Shown: piece by piece, positions 13,793-27,903 of the stretch
How the letters are laid out: every line of letters begins with the position of its first letter
Position numbering within the stretch: position 1 is the stretch's first letter
DNA from: Centroscyllium fabricii
Lineage: Eukaryota
Assembly (NCBI GenBank): GCA_051313645.2
Contig: JBNRSN020000005.1
Span: forward strand, 196,106,001 to 196,170,000
DNA length: 64,000 nucleotides
Direction of reading: 5' to 3'
Program-made: the position numbers and the translations under genes
Notes under the pieces: generated by a model
Databases searched by the model: none
What the model saw: the letters and a program-made list of their open reading frames with translations, nothing else
Told to the model about the DNA's origin: nothing

Positions 13793-14544
13793 GGCCCAGA
13801 AATTGCAGTGGAACCTTCGTGCGGGTGCAGTGCTGCTAGTTGCACTTACCCAGCGCATCTGCCGGTTTGCTTTTTTGCAATTAGTCATTCCTGTTAGCCC
13901 AGCTTGTCAGAGCTCTGTGCGAGCTTCATGGGCAACTGAACGGCGTAATTAGTGCGAGATGGCTTTTGAGACCACGTGATTGGCAGGGAGCCAATCAGTG
14001 GAAGCAATCCTCTGTTCAAAACTTCCACTGAGAAATCTGTAAGTTTTGAAAGGAGAGATTACCCAAAAGACATCTAAACTCAAAAATAAAATTTTAAAAA
14101 CACCACTTTTTTAACATTACCCCAACTAACATAAATAACCTATTTTAAAGAAAAAATTAAAATTTACAGAAATGTTTTTCTTCATTTAACAGGCCTAAAA
14201 AAATACTTACCTGTCTTTAAAGTTAACAACAATTAAAAACCTGAAAAACAACACTTAAAATCAATAAAATACACACTTACCAGATAAAAACGGGTACTTA
14301 CGATTCCTTTTTTCCAGCGTACAATCTTCTGCTCTTGGTCCGTAGAAAAACTTTTTAAAAAAACGGAATGACTGAACGCACCCCGTAGTTCGATGGTTCC
14401 TGCGAGAGCCATCGCAGGAACTCTGCCCCCGCTGCTGGCAGCCACAGGAAAACCTGAAGCAGCGCAATCGGCTGCTTCCTGCGTGTTTAGGTGCGCTCGC
14501 ACCAGAGCTCAAACGCGATATGGGCAGACTGCAATTTCTGGCCC
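13793..14544. mobile_element. PIF/Harbinger-like non-autonomous DNA transposon (MITE)
   Basis: TIRs GGCCCAGAAATTGCAGT and ACTGCAATTTCTGGCCC, with ATT on both flanks. GC-rich arms surround an AT-rich core. Confidence 0.75.
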
Positions 14545-15760
14545 ATTGTGTGCAGTTGTAGCTGAATGATTCTTGTAATTGATCACATTTGTCATTGTAG
14601 ATATAAATCACGATGGTTGCTTAGTTGACTTCTCGGGGGTGTGGTGGGGGGGAGAAATGACACTCACATATTGCAATCTCAGAACACTGGTATAAATCCC
14701 AGAAAAACCCGTATTAAAAAAAAATATGAAATTTCATTTAGTCACAAAGAAACCAGCGGTCCTAATTATGAATGCAACCCCTAGAACACCAGTTTAAAAG
14801 AAATTCCAGAATGCTTTGTTATAATGAAATTTGATTTAATCAGCTGCTGTAAACTAATGACCCTGTTAATAATGCCTCAAAGTTCATTCTTAAGTGTCAG
14901 CCTCCTGTCTAGGTACTTGGAGCCTCTCTGCTTTCTGAAAATGTGCTACTGAACTTGGTATGTGGAGTAGATCTGAAAGGCAGTTCCTATCTTTGAGCGC
15001 AGTAATTCTACAAGTGAAGATAATCTCCACATTCCTAAACCCTGAAATATAGCTAATGGACTGCTGACTTTATTAAATGGAGTAACTGTCAACATTTATA
15101 GGACATTCTCTGGATAAAAATAGTGACCCAAATCCAAATTGGGATATGTGTACCATATTACTACTGTACAAGTCAAACATGCTAATTACTGAACTTGCAA
15201 GTGTTTTTGGTCCAAGTGTGCATTGTTTTTAGCATTGGCTCCTTTTGTGATCTGGCAAAGTTCCTAGAATACAGTATTTGATTGTGGGCTAATATTTTTT
15301 GTAGATTGCTCAGTGTACCTTTTAGTGTCCTTGTAATTGATTTACTCCCTGTTACTTTTTACATTTGGGTAGTGACTAGGAATTGTTAAAAAAAAAAAAA
15401 AAAATTAAGTGCACATGCAAATCATTTTTCCCAGTACATAAAACTTCCCTCTTATACATCCATTCATTGGTGGGAGCATGCAGAGATGTTTCACACATGC
15501 TTAGTGTTTAGAACGATTCAGATTTTCTGACCACGTATAACAACTTAATTGTGCTATTTGGGACAGTGACCTATTCTAGCTGACAACTCGAGATGGATTG
15601 GGAGGCAAGATGGTCCTTTCTTTGATTTTAGTGCAAAGTTTAAAATGCCTCTCATCCAAACTAGGCTTGAATAGGTGTGCTGAAGAGCAATATTGTGCAT
15701 GCACAGTGTAGGAGGAAAAAGTCTATGTAATGCAAGTGACCATAGATATTCAGTAAGAAA

Positions 15761-15835
<75 letters not shown>

Positions 15836-15837
15836 AT
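15761..15837. repeat. (TA)n microsatellite grading into (TAGATA)n
   Basis: Seen directly in the sequence. Confidence 0.95.
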
Positions 15838-16783
15838 AAATTAAGAAATAAGTTCATGGCTTCTCCTATTTTTGTTGACTAGGTTAAACATGTCTTGTGT
15901 AGGGAGCACCCACTTATTTGAAAAGAACGTTAGTGTGTACTCTGCCAGTACTAAAAACTAAAAGGCATTAAAAATCTTAATTTTCTCATCTCCATAAAAG
16001 CAACATTTTCTCTAAGTGGCTTTTTGTGTGTATTTCATATAATTCTACATTTTATATGAGACTGAAAGTGAAAAGCAAAGCCAGGGTGAAAGAAGTGTCA
16101 TGTAATCATTGATCAAAGTTGTTGAGCACTAAAGTTGCTAATATAATGTACAAAACCTTCTTGTAGTGGGTTAAATCTGGCTGTAGTGGGGCAAATTTGA
16201 ACTACTTTAGCTGCAGATTATGCTTTAGCTTGAACAGAGAAAACAGGTTTAAAACTTTTGTGTAGTTCTGTATCTGAAAAGCATCTCACTTACAGTACAT
16301 TTGCTGTATAGAATAAGTTATTGCCAAACTTTATTTTTGCAAATGGAAGTACTAAACCAAATCATAAGTACTAAACCAGGTGAGTATTGCTTTAAAATCT
16401 ATGCATTGCACTTTGTTTGAGCCATTGGTGACCAAGGAACAAGATCCTGTTAATATTAGAATGAACAGTTCCTCTTGTCACTGTGTTTGTATTTACTGCC
16501 TTTCCAGTTTAAATCCACAACAGGAACTTTGCATCAAACGTTTATCCGAGCCTAATGTAATTGCACTGTCTCGCAGATCCAAAGAAAACTAAAAGGAAGA
16601 GTTTAAAGCTGTTGAAATTCCACACCTGATTCCAATAACTAACTTCCCACAGTTTATACTTTCCTTAGTTTTTTTGTTAAACTCATGTGCCGAATTGACA
16701 ACAAATGTAATTTTTTAACAGATATAAAATGTGAGATAAATAAAGTGCACACAGGCTAAAGTGCATATTTAAAAATGTTGCAG

Positions 16784-16878
16784 ATGGTTCAGACTCCAGA
16801 GATAAACCAAAGCTCTACCGTTTACAACTGAATGTAACTGATGTTGGCACTGACAAGTCAGATGAGAACTCCATACAG
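16784..16878 (+). CDS. AFDN: Afadin exon (DGSDSRDKPKLYRLQLNVTDVGTDKSDENSIQ), start of FHA region
   Basis: Boundaries are ttgcag|AT...CAG|gtaaga. Near identical to afadin DGSDSRDKPKLYRLQLSVTEVGTEK. 95 nt, phase 1/0. Confidence 0.95.
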
Positions 16879-18822
16879 GTAAGAATTAGTTTGTGTCGCC
16901 TTCTAATCAAAAGTGGCTAAAGAAAAGCCTGTGAACAGCATTTTCTATTTTTTTTTAATAAACTAAACTTGCAACTGCAGCGCCTACTTGCATTGATCTA
17001 GCTCTCCAGCTTTGGAATGACATCTCAAAACACTCAGATTAAAGAATATAATAATCATGAAAATGCACTTCAGTTGTAGAATGCCAGCATGTATTTCAAT
17101 TCCAAGGCAATGTAAAATTCAGGTTGTTCTCGAGAATGTATTTTCTTCCAACCTGAACTACTGCTGTTTTTCTCAAAAAGGTTTTGAATTTAGAGTACTG
17201 ATATCAGTTCTTTGTGGTCCCCACTTCATTCTTTTATTGGAGTAGAGTGTTTGCCATATTGTTGACTACGCTGCAGTTGAACAAACATACAAAACAAATT
17301 CATCTATTTTATCAACTGTGAAAGTGGGACAAATTCCATGACTGCATTGTTGTCAAAAGTCTGAAGAAGCAAATGAACACATCATTGGTGTTCAATTTAA
17401 GTTTGCCACAATCTGTTGAATGAGAGGAAATGGGTTCAAATTTAGAAGGGGAAGGGTGCAAATACTGTTGGTTTAACTGCTTAACATAAAGGGTCACAAA
17501 TATTTGGAATCCACTGTCTCATGAGGCAATGAGGACTGATGATGTGGAACATTTTAAGGGAAAACTTAAATATTTGAGGCAGTGGGTGATTGGAGAGGTA
17601 TTCGTGTTTGTGACCAGCCAGATTGAGTTCCATAGTCTTTGATCCTGTTTCTCTTGCTTATTCTAGAATAGGCAGAATGCACAAAGTTCATGGTCTTCAG
17701 GATTTACATTTTGTGGAGAAGTTTTGTGATCAAGTTAACTACCTGTTAACTTTACCATCTCAAGTCTGCACCAGGAATTCAGATCTGGTATTACATGGTG
17801 CAGATTTAAAATAAAACACCCACTACTCTATTAAACAAAATGCCATAGCACAATGCTTCAAAGAGCACAGCCTACTACATAGTTCACTCATGCTTACCAC
17901 TAGAATACAAAAGGCTGCCATTTAAAATATTTGTAATCTGATGTGGCACTCTGTCATCAGTACTGTAACTTCCTCTTGTACCATTTAAAATACATATTCC
18001 TTATGGCTGTTGGTTGCTAGTTTAAACCATAACATTTCCTTTGAAATGGGGAGGCAGAGAAACAAGAAATGTACTATATACATTGTACGTAAGCAACAAC
18101 AGGTGGGAAGTGAGCAAAAACCTCAATAATGGCAGAAGTTGCAATTGTAGAACAATACACTGTAGACTGAATTGTGCTATATAGGTAAAGCATGCAATGC
18201 ACTTTGCAGACAAGATGAGTGACTTTAAAATACAGTATTGCAATTCTGGTTTGGTAGTGAGAAGCTCCTTTTTTGCTTTGGAAGTAAATATGTGGTACCT
18301 GTCTCAGTTACTGTTTTCTTGATCATATTGGGTCACTTTTCAGAGACAGCCCTTGAATTTCTCAGTGGAACAACACCTAGTGAGCACTAATACTGCATTT
18401 AAGCAAGCGAGTCAACTTCGGTGCATCACCTACTTAGTGTGTGGTCTTGGCAGATTTGTTGTTACTTCAAAAGAATGCGTGAAGGGGTCCAGAAAAGCTT
18501 TTAAAATGGAGTTATAGTTGTAAGCAAAATTTGTCTATTTCCATGCTTGGCTTTCTTTTGATACTGCTTTTATTGGAGTGCAAACTAGAGAAACTAAAAT
18601 CAGAACAGAAAAATGAGTTAGCTTTGCGCCATATGCATTTTAACAACTTATTGTTTGTAATTGGATACTCTAGCCTTTCTTTCAATACCGATGCATTTCT
18701 ATAACTGATAACTATTTCCAAAATTGTGTGCTGTATATAATTTACACCATTTATGAATGAGAATACATTTCAGAACTGAATAAAAATTCCCATTGGAAAA
18801 CTGTCAAAAATGTAACTGACTA

Positions 18823-19156
18823 CAGGTTGAACACCATTAATCCGTCAGGGTCGGGACTAGCACCCTACCAGATTGTTGAAAACGCCGACTGATTGAAGCC
18901 ACGGCGGCGCATGCGCACAGCATTCAAAATGGCCACCATGAAATTTCGAATGGTCTGAGCATGCGCAGATCATTCAAAACTTCCGGCAGCCATTTTGAGT
19001 GATCTGTGCATGCGCTCGCCATTCGGCAGCGCATGCACAGATCATTCGCCGAAGCATCAATCGTGGCGGCCATTTTGCGCATGCGCAGGGCAGTCGGGGC
19101 AATTTATGCCGGATGACTGAAGCTGCTGGGTTAACGGATTAACGGTGTTCAACCTG
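18823..19156 (+). mobile_element. Tc1/mariner (pogo/Tigger-like) MITE, copy 1, no cargo
   Basis: TA|CAGGTTGAACACCATTAATCCG ... CGGATTAACGGTGTTCAACCTG|TA, with internal GCGCATGCGC and AAAATGGC/GCCATTTT repeats. Confidence 0.88.
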
Positions 19157-19278
19157 TACTAAGTTTTCTTTTAAAGAAACAAGTGGATTTAGAGCCCAGT
19201 GCTTTAATGTTTTTTGTGATACAGAACAGTTTTAAATGGAATTCTTAGTTTGTTTATAAGCTTTACTTGGTTTTGTAG

Positions 19279-19538
19279 CTTTTTGGTCCAGGAATTCAAC
19301 CTCATCATTGTGATCTTACTAACATGGATGGTATAGTAACCGTTACCCCGCGCAGCTTTGATGCTGAAACGTATGTTGATGGACAACATATTACTGAGAC
19401 CGTCATGTTGCAAAGTGGCATGAACATTCAATTTGGGTCATCACATGTGTTCAAGTTTGTGGATCCTAGTCCGAACCATATGGCCAAGAGACCCATGGAT
19501 ACAGGACCGATGGTCAAGGGCCAGAGAATTAAATCTGG
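19279..19538 (+). CDS. AFDN: Afadin exon (LFGPGIQPHHCDLTNMDGIVTVTPRS...KFVDP...KSG), FHA domain
   Basis: Boundaries are ttgtag|CTT...TGG|gtaagt. Overlaps ORF 19324..19542 and matches the afadin FHA domain. 260 nt, phase 0/2. Confidence 0.96.
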
Positions 19539-22052
19539 GTAAGTTTTTATAATCAGAATGTGTGAGCTGTGCTTTGTAGGCTGGTTTTAGTTGGGGGTAT
19601 TTAATAAAAAGGTTTTTGCGATGCTGTAGCATTTTATATTATCTAAATGCCATTAAGAAAATCACAGGATGCAAATAGAATGGCAAGTCTTAAGAAGTAT
19701 TGCACAGCTGTGACCTGACATTCTCCTTGCACCATATAAATGGCATGTTCTTTCTGAATGTTGAATATTTTGCTCCATTATCACAACTATGCATCTATTT
19801 ACAAAGGTAGTTTGTTGCCTTTCTTTAAGCTTCTCTCAGTTTTCAAGTTTTTAAATTAAAGGAGATATTTTCTTCTGGTGGATCATGTCTTTTGGCTGCA
19901 AACAGTACTCAAAATGCCAGCCAGTCTTCTCAATCCTCAATTGAAATTTGAAGTGTTTATCCTGCATCTCTGAAACATGATATGAGCATATGAAAAGGCT
20001 GCCTGGCCTGACTGAGTCTATTGATTATGGAGGGAAGTTGATCTGCTTGTCTTACAGGTAGCCCCATCAAGTTCATCTCTTGCCACAGTTCCAGTGGCAA
20101 ACTGGGCCTTCCTCAAAAGATTTTGCACCCTCTGATCTTGGACCTGAAGCAATTTGGAAGAAATCTCCTTTAAAACCAACCTAGTGAAGTACCTTTAGAC
20201 CTAGATTGTCCTTGTGACAGTACACTCTCTGAAAAGAGAGTTGGCGTTCAGCAGATCTGAATATATATGGCCATAGGTGTCTTTGAATTGAACAATAAAG
20301 CAGCAATGGCTGTTCATTTTTCTTTCTTGCATTGAATGCACGTCCCTTACACAAAATATTTTAGATTCCAATCCAACTGGGTGCAGGACAATACATGCCC
20401 CATGAAGATAATGACTTGGAATTAAAGTTCATTTTTTTTTCATTCCTTCAAACTTTGAATTTGATATTGAATTGATGTCCACTGTGGCCCCATGAACATT
20501 CTCTCCCCCCCCCCCCCCCCCCGCAAGATTAGAATTCCTGACCACTGGAATTGCTCAAACCATGCATGAGAAAGCTCATCTTATATTGGATACCACAGAC
20601 AAAATTTAGTCAGGTTTTGTGGCAGTGCATGTGCACATTTAGATTGTCTGTTACAAGACCTGATTGCATTTTCACCACATGGCATCATCTGATGTTCATT
20701 TTCCTCTCCTCATTCTGTTGCCTCTGGCAGGAGAGAAATTAATTTTTTTTATGTGACTCACTTAAACTAGACCTGCTTCAAATCTTTTCATTTACACAGC
20801 GGCTTTTCTCCTTAAAGCAGCCCCAAATGTTTGGTTCTGAAGCCCGTAGTTACAAATGCCCTATATCACAACTTCCCTCCAATATTGCTGGCACTCATTA
20901 TCTACAGTAGCACTAACCAATCGATGTATCCTACAGCTGATAACAACCTAAACTCCAAGTATATCATGTTGCAGCCATCCACAGAACATGGCTCTTGAAG
21001 TCCTGAACCTGATTGAAACATTGGCTTCCTAGTTCCCTGTCCTCCTCCTTTCTCCTCCCCCCCCCCCCCCCCCCCCCCACACCCCCACCCCCAATTGTGA
21101 TTCCCCACCATGAACACCATAAATCAAGCACTTCATCCCCATTCCCCTTTTGTTACCCTGAAGACTCCTCGGCAGGGAGGACACTGCTCTTTCCCAATTG
21201 GTACTTTATTTGGAAATGAGAATTTGTTAACTGGGCTGATCAGTGCAGCTGTATATCTCACTAATCTAGTCGAGTTTTGCCATTACATGCTGTACCTGTA
21301 TCCTGCATGGTGACATAACAAATGTGATACACATGCAGCCCTGGCCAGCTTTTCAGCTCAAATGGCAGATAAATTACAAGAAGAATTTGGGCTATTTGTT
21401 GCAAAAATTGGGAGCAAATCAAGTCTTCCCCCCCCCACCCTGACTGCCAACCTGAAAGAAAGCTGGGAATTTATCATGGAAATTGGCAAGCAGGAAAAAC
21501 AGCTTTTAAGGACAGACAACATAAACTGTATCTCCCCATTACGACTGTTGCACTTGATGCCTGGATTGCTGCGTTATGTCTTCTGCACTGTATGCATGCT
21601 TCGCAAATCTAAACATTAGAATGCACTATAATAATATGTTTGAAGACCACATAGAGGTTATTGCAAATAGCTAGAAACAGCCCAGAAACACCTAAAAACT
21701 TGCTATGTTACATAGAATTTACAGCACAGAAACAGGCCATTTGGCCCAATTGGTCAATGTCGACATTTATGTTGCATATGAGCCTCCTCCCACCCCTCTT
21801 CATCGATCTTTTTGATTTTTCTTCACAGTTTTAATGTTAGCAAACTACTGAAAAATAAAGCACGTCTCTAACCGATTTAAGAAATGGGAAACATTTTGTA
21901 AAGACCTATTTAGTTCTGTGGTTTATTATTTCTCAATCTTGTAGTTCTGATTTGTCTGGAATAAATTTCAATGTAGTGTATTTGGAAAAATGTTGCAATA
22001 GATTGTTATATAAACATCCTTCAAATTTAACATTCTCAATTGTGATTTGCAG

Positions 22053-22134
22053 GCAAGGGTCCCGAAGTGTCCAAGAAACTACATTTGATCTTGATGGAGA
22101 CATTCACAGTGGTATAGCATTGCCTACAAGCAAG
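22053..22134 (+). CDS. AFDN: Afadin exon (QGSRSVQETTFDLDGDIHSGIALPTSK)
   Basis: Boundaries are ttgcag|G...AAG|gtattt. Matches afadin VQETTFDLGGDIHSGTALPTSK. 82 nt, phase 2/0. Confidence 0.92.
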
Positions 22135-22394
22135 GTATTTTCTCATCTTTTTAGATATTGTCGATAATCGGGTGCAATTAAGTTGTACTGTTGTGGTGAA
22201 AGTGAATAATGAACAAAATACTCCATTTGTTCATGAAAATGTTCTGTAGGTGATGACCATTCTATATATTCTAAGCTGGGCGCCAAGCTAGCTTTAACCT
22301 CTGGTTGCAGTGATGGGAGTTTTACTTGAAGATTCATTTTGGCTTGTGTAGTCTACATAGGATTAATTAATTACCTCAGTGAAGGCACCCCGAG

Positions 22395-24425
22395 GTAGCA
22401 GCGATCATAATATGATTGAATTTTACATTCAGTTTGAGAGAGAGAAGAGTGGGTCCAAGACTCTAGTATTTTAAACTTAAATAAGCGCAATTATGAGGGC
22501 ATGAAAGCAGAGCTAGCTAAAGTGAACTGGCAAATGAGGTTAAGGATTAGGTCAATAGCATTTCAGTGGCAGACATTTAAGGGGATATTTCAAAATTCAC
22601 AGAATATATACATTCCAACAAGAAAGAAAAATTCCAAGGGGGCGATCCACCATCCATGGTTAACTAAAAAAGTTAAAGATAGTATTAAAGTTAAAGAAAA
22701 AGCATATCATTGCACAAAGATGGGTGGCAGGTCAGAAGATTGGACAGAACATAAAAAACAGCAAAGAATGACTAAAAGATTAATAAGGAGAGAAAAATTA
22801 GAGTACGAGAGAAAGCTAGCTAGAAATATAATAGCAGATTGTAAGAGTTTCTATCGATATTTAAAAGAGAGTTAACAAAGTGAGCGTTGGTCCTATAAAA
22901 AGTGAGTCTGGGGAATTAATAATGGAAAATAAGGAGATGGAAGTTGAATTGAACAGGTATTTTGCATCGGTCTTCACTATAGAAGATTCAAGTAACATCC
23001 CAGAAATAGGTGTAAATCGGGAAATGGAAGGGAGGGAGGAAAATTATAATCACCAGGGAAGTGGTACTGAGCAAATTGTTGGAGCTGCGGGCTGACAAGC
23101 TCCCGGGACCTGATAGACTTCATCCTAGGGTTTTAAAAGAAGTGGCTAGTGAGATAGTTGATGCGTTGGTTTTAATTTTCCAAAATTCCCTAGATTCAGG
23201 GAAGGTTCTATTAGATTGGAAAATAGCGAATGTAGCTCCTTTATTCAAAAAGGGGGAGAGACAGAAAGCAGGAAACTACAGGCCAGTTAGCTTAACATCT
23301 GTCATAGGGAAGATGTTAGAAGCTTTTATTAAAGACGTTATAGCAGGGCACTTAGAAAAGTTCAAAGTAATCAGGCAGAGTCAACATGGTTTTTGTGCAA
23401 GGGAAATCATGTTTAACTAATTTATTGGAGTTGTTTGAGGAAGTATCATGTGCTGTGGATAAAGGGGAACCGGTGGATGTACTGTACTTAGATTTCCAGA
23501 AGGCATTTGATAACGGTTATTGCTGAAAATAAAAGCTCATGGTGTAGGGGGTAACATATTGGCATGGATAGAAGATTGGCTAGCTAACAGGAAACAGAGA
23601 GTAGGCATAAATGGGTCATTTTCTGATTGGCAAGATGCAACGAGTGGTGTGCCACAGGGATCAGTGCTGGGGCCTCAACTTTTTACAATTTATATAAATG
23701 ACTTGAATGAAGGGACCAAAGGTATGGTTGCTAAATTTGCTGATGACACAAAGATAGGTCGGAAACTAAATTGTGAAGACATAAGGAGACTACAAAGGGA
23801 TATAGATTAAGTGAGTGGGCAAAGATCTGACAAATGGAGTATAATGTGGGAAAATGTGAAGTTGTCCATTTTGGCAGGAAAAATAAAAAAGCATATTATC
23901 TAAATGGTGAGAGATTGAGGTGCAGAGGGATCTGGGTGTCCTAGTGCATGAATCGCAAAAGGTTACTGAAATGAAGAGTAGAAAGCCTTTCCAAAAACTA
24001 GGCTTTATTAACTTTAAAAACCAGCACACACATGTTAAGCATCCAGTCCATATTGATTGAAACATAAGACCCTGAGGGGACTGGACAGGGTGGATGTGGA
24101 GAGGATGTTTCCTCTTGTGGGAGAATCTAGAACTAGGGGTCACTGTTTAAAAATACGGGTCGCCCATTTAAGACCGAGAAGCGGAGAAATGTTTCTCAAG
24201 GTCGTGAGTCTTTGGAACTCTCTTCCTCAGAGGGCGGTGGAAGCAGAGTCTTGGAATATTTTTAAGGCAGCGGTAGACAGATTCTTGGCAAACAAGGGGG
24301 TGAAAAGTTATCGGGGGTAGGCGGGAATCTGGAGTAATCTGATCAACCATGATCTTATTGAATGGCGGAGCAGGCTCTTAGGGCTGAGTGGCTGCCTACT
24401 GCTCCTAATTCGTATGTTCATATGT
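22395..24425 (+). mobile_element. CR1 LINE, degenerate with an internal deletion
   Basis: Fragmented ORF2 (ORFs 22501, 23061, 23520, 24057) and a CR1 3' UTR at about 24340-24420. Confidence 0.92.
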
Positions 24426-25617
24426 ACATAGATTATGTTTATGTTCCACTCTTGTCCTGTTTTAATCTGTCTTTCTGTGCTGGTTTCTCTTTTATTTTAC
24501 CTTTTTTTCTTTCACTTCTTACCACAAAGGAGCAGGTATTGAGAGGTAGTAAACATCAAATGCTGTTGGAGAACTTGGGGAAGGTTAGGAGTAAAGCAGC
24601 AACTGAGGCAATTAGCTGGACTACGAGACCAAACGACAACCCAATCAAATAATGACGGTGGGAAGATGCAAAAATACTTTGAGATGGGTGTCAAAGGTGG
24701 AAAACAGGGAATGGTAAAATAAAATAGTGACTACATCCACATTTGTTCAGGGAGGTTATTCCATAAAGTATACAAAATGGGAAACTTCTTGGAAAAAGTC
24801 CACCTGGTTTCAGTTGAGCCATAAGCCATTTTTATCTGCAGTTGCTTTCAGAGTGAAGCATAATTTTAAATGTGTTAAAACATGAACTCTATTACCCACC
24901 AGCTGCTGAAAGTGGGAGGTTAAAGCTGATAAATGTTAGTGACACAATATTATGAGGGCTCAGGTCTGTCATGACAAAAGAGAAAAGGTAATATTTCAGA
25001 GGCTTAAAAGGACTGCTCGGAAAACCTTTCTACTCTGGTACCTGGATCTGAATATGGGAGAGGGGTGATTTTCCACTGCCTAATGAGGCACCTTTTTATT
25101 AACTTATTTTGGTGATTCTCAAGTCATGTGAGTCCACAATTCATAATTGTCGATAATTTGACATTAATTTGATTAGTTTTACTGAGCAGGGTTAAAAGGA
25201 TAGATGTTGAAAATGGAGAAACCAAACTTGAGTAGGGGATGCTTTTGAGCTTGTTTGTAATGACCCTTAGACAGATTTCTTTTGAACATAATTTGTCTGA
25301 GTTTCAGCTGGATCTATGTGAATCCTGTAAGCAACAACTGTGTCCAGGCTGTTGTGGGCTCTCACATGATGTACCAAGTTGAGAACAAGCATCGAATATG
25401 AGTCTCCAATTTTATCCTTTGCCCCTTCCAAAAGGGGAAAAAATCCATATGATTGGACGAATGAAGTAACTATGTCCAAGGCATTCTGCAAATATCCTAA
25501 TGGCCCACTTAATCATTTACACAAAATCTTCCTTCCGTGACTTTTGTTTCACCCTCTATTGGGCACAATTCCCCAAGCTAATGGCCCAGAAATTCGGGTC
25601 GGACCTGCACTTACCTT

Positions 25618-27903
25618 TTGGGGAAGTTGACGGGATTGAAGGCAGATAAATCCCCAGGGCCTGATAATCTACATCCTAGGGTACTAAGGAAGTGGCCCTG
25701 GAGATAGTAGATGCATTGCTGGTCATCTTCCAGAACTCGATAGACTCTGGAACAGTACCCATGGATTGGAGGGTAGCTAATGTTACCCCACTGTTCAAAA
25801 AAGGTGGTGAAGAAAAAGCAGGGAATTATAGACCGGTAAGCCTGACATCGGTAGTGGGGAAAATGCTAGAGTCCATTATAAAAGATGTAACAGCAGAGCA
25901 CTTGGAAAGCAGTGACAGGATCTGACAAAGTCAACATGGATTTACAAAAGGTAAATCGTGCTTGACTAACCTACTGGAATTCTTTGAGGATGTAATGGAG
26001 AACCAGTGGATTTGGAGTATTTGGACTTTCAGAAGGCTTTCGATAAGGTCCCGCATAAGAGATTAGCGTGCAAAATTAAGGCACATGGGATTGGGGGGCA
26101 AGGTATTGACTTGGATAGAGAACTGGTTGGCAGATAGAAAGCAAAGAGTTGGAATAAATGGGTCATTTTCCGAGTGGTAGGCAGTGACTAGTGGGGTACC
26201 GCAAGGATTGGTTCTAGGACCCCAGCTGTTCACAATATATATTAATGATCTGGACGAGGGAATTGGATGTAATATCTCCAAATTTGCAGAGGACACAAAG
26301 CTGGGTGGGAGGGTATGCTGTGAGGAGGATGTTGTGAAACTCCAGTACGATTTGGACAGGTTGGGTGATTGGGCAGAAACATGGCAAATGCACTATAATT
26401 CAATTCAATTTATTTGTCACATGTACTAAATACAACATGTGTAATCTAGACAGTGAAATGCTTTTTTCACGGCTCGAACGCACCGCGCAACAAAGAACAC
26501 TAAGCTGCTCGACATGCCCGGAGCCCGTGAGACGGCAGCTACCTCACCAGCGCCATCAATCACAAGTCCCGTTTCCGCACCACTTTGGCCACTCCTTCAT
26601 GCAAAGTTCTTAAAGTTCTTTCTGCTGTTTCACTCGCCGACCACCTTCTGTTGTTTCACTCACTCCCCTGCATCCTCTCGATAGACCTGGGCTCCGGGTG
26701 CAGCATTTGAAGGCCCTGGGCCTGCCCCTTGGTCCGGCATGCCGGCTCCCTCCGAGTCCGCCGAGCTCCGAAGCACCTGGAGGCCTGTGACCTGCCTCTC
26801 GGGCTGATCCTGAACCCTCTCAGAACCTGGGCTCTGGGGGCGCGTTCGAAGGCCCTGGTCCCTTGCCTCGCGGCTCCAGCCGAGCTCCGGGAGCAGTGCT
26901 CGGCCCGGCGCCTTGCCGGCTCCCCAAGTCCTCCGGGCTCCCCGTTCCCCTGTTCGCTCTCGACTGCCTTCCTTCATCCTACCGTACACACCAGGCTCCT
27001 CCCGGCATTCCTCATAGACGGATGGCAGCCGATTTAACTTCGCTTCGTGGAGGAGGTCTCCTCCATGGCGGCCGAAACCGGATCATGGGATAATGTGGAT
27101 AAATGTGAGGTTATCCACTTTGATGGCAAAAACAGGAAGGCAGATTATTATTTGAATGGCAATAGATTGGGAGAGGGGAAGTGCAAAGAGACCTGGGTGT
27201 TCTTGTGCACCAGCCGCTGAAGGTAAGCATGTAGGTGCAGCAGGCGGTTAAGAATACAAATGGTATGTTGGCCTTTGTAGCAAGAGGGTTCAAGTACAGG
27301 AACAAGAATGTCTTGCTGCAGCTGTACAGGGCCTTCGTGAGACCACACCTTGAGTATTGTATGCAATTTTGGTCGCCTTATCTGAGGAAGGATGTTCTTT
27401 CCATGGAAGGAGTGCAGTGAAGATTCACCAGGCTGATATCTGGGATGGCAGGAATGGCGTATGAGGAGAGATTGTGTCAATTGGGCTTATACTCTCACGA
27501 GTTTAGAGGATTGAGAGGGCATCTCATCGAAACCTATAAAATTCTGGCAGGCCTGGACAGACTAGATGCAGGAAGGATGTTCCCGATGGCCGGGAATCCA
27601 GAACCAGGGGTCATTGTCTAAGGATAAGGGGTAAGCCATTTAGGACTGAGATGAGGAGGAATTTCTTCACCCAGAGTGGTGAACCTGTGGAATTCTCTGC
27701 CACAGAGAGCGGTGGAGGCCAATTCATCAAATATATTCAAGAAGGAGTGGGTTATATTCCTTAAGGCTAAAGGGATCGAGGGATATGAGGAGAAGGCAGG
27801 GACAGGGTACTGAATTTGGATGATCAGTCATGATCTCATTGAATGGCGGAGCAGGCTCGAGGGGCTGAATGGCCTACTCCTGCTTCTATCTTCTATGTTT
27901 CTG
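25618..27903 (+). mobile_element. CR1 LINE, 5'-truncated, inserted in the Harbinger-like MITE
   Basis: RT fragments and a 3' tail, with a 7-bp direct repeat TTACCTT at 25611-25617 and 27904-27910. Confidence 0.9.
26400..27089 (-). mobile_element. GC-rich non-autonomous retroelement with a Rex1/Babar-like 3' tail, inserted in CR1
   Basis: It interrupts CR1 at HYN|VDKCEV, with ATAAT duplicated at 26395-26399 and 27090-27094. The minus-strand end ...GTGACAAATAAATTGAATTGA resembles the LINE tail at 49452. Confidence 0.7.

Noticed and set aside
21013-21219. Poly-proline ORF
   Set aside because: It is produced by a poly-C homopolymer, with no convincing splice signals or afadin homology at this position.
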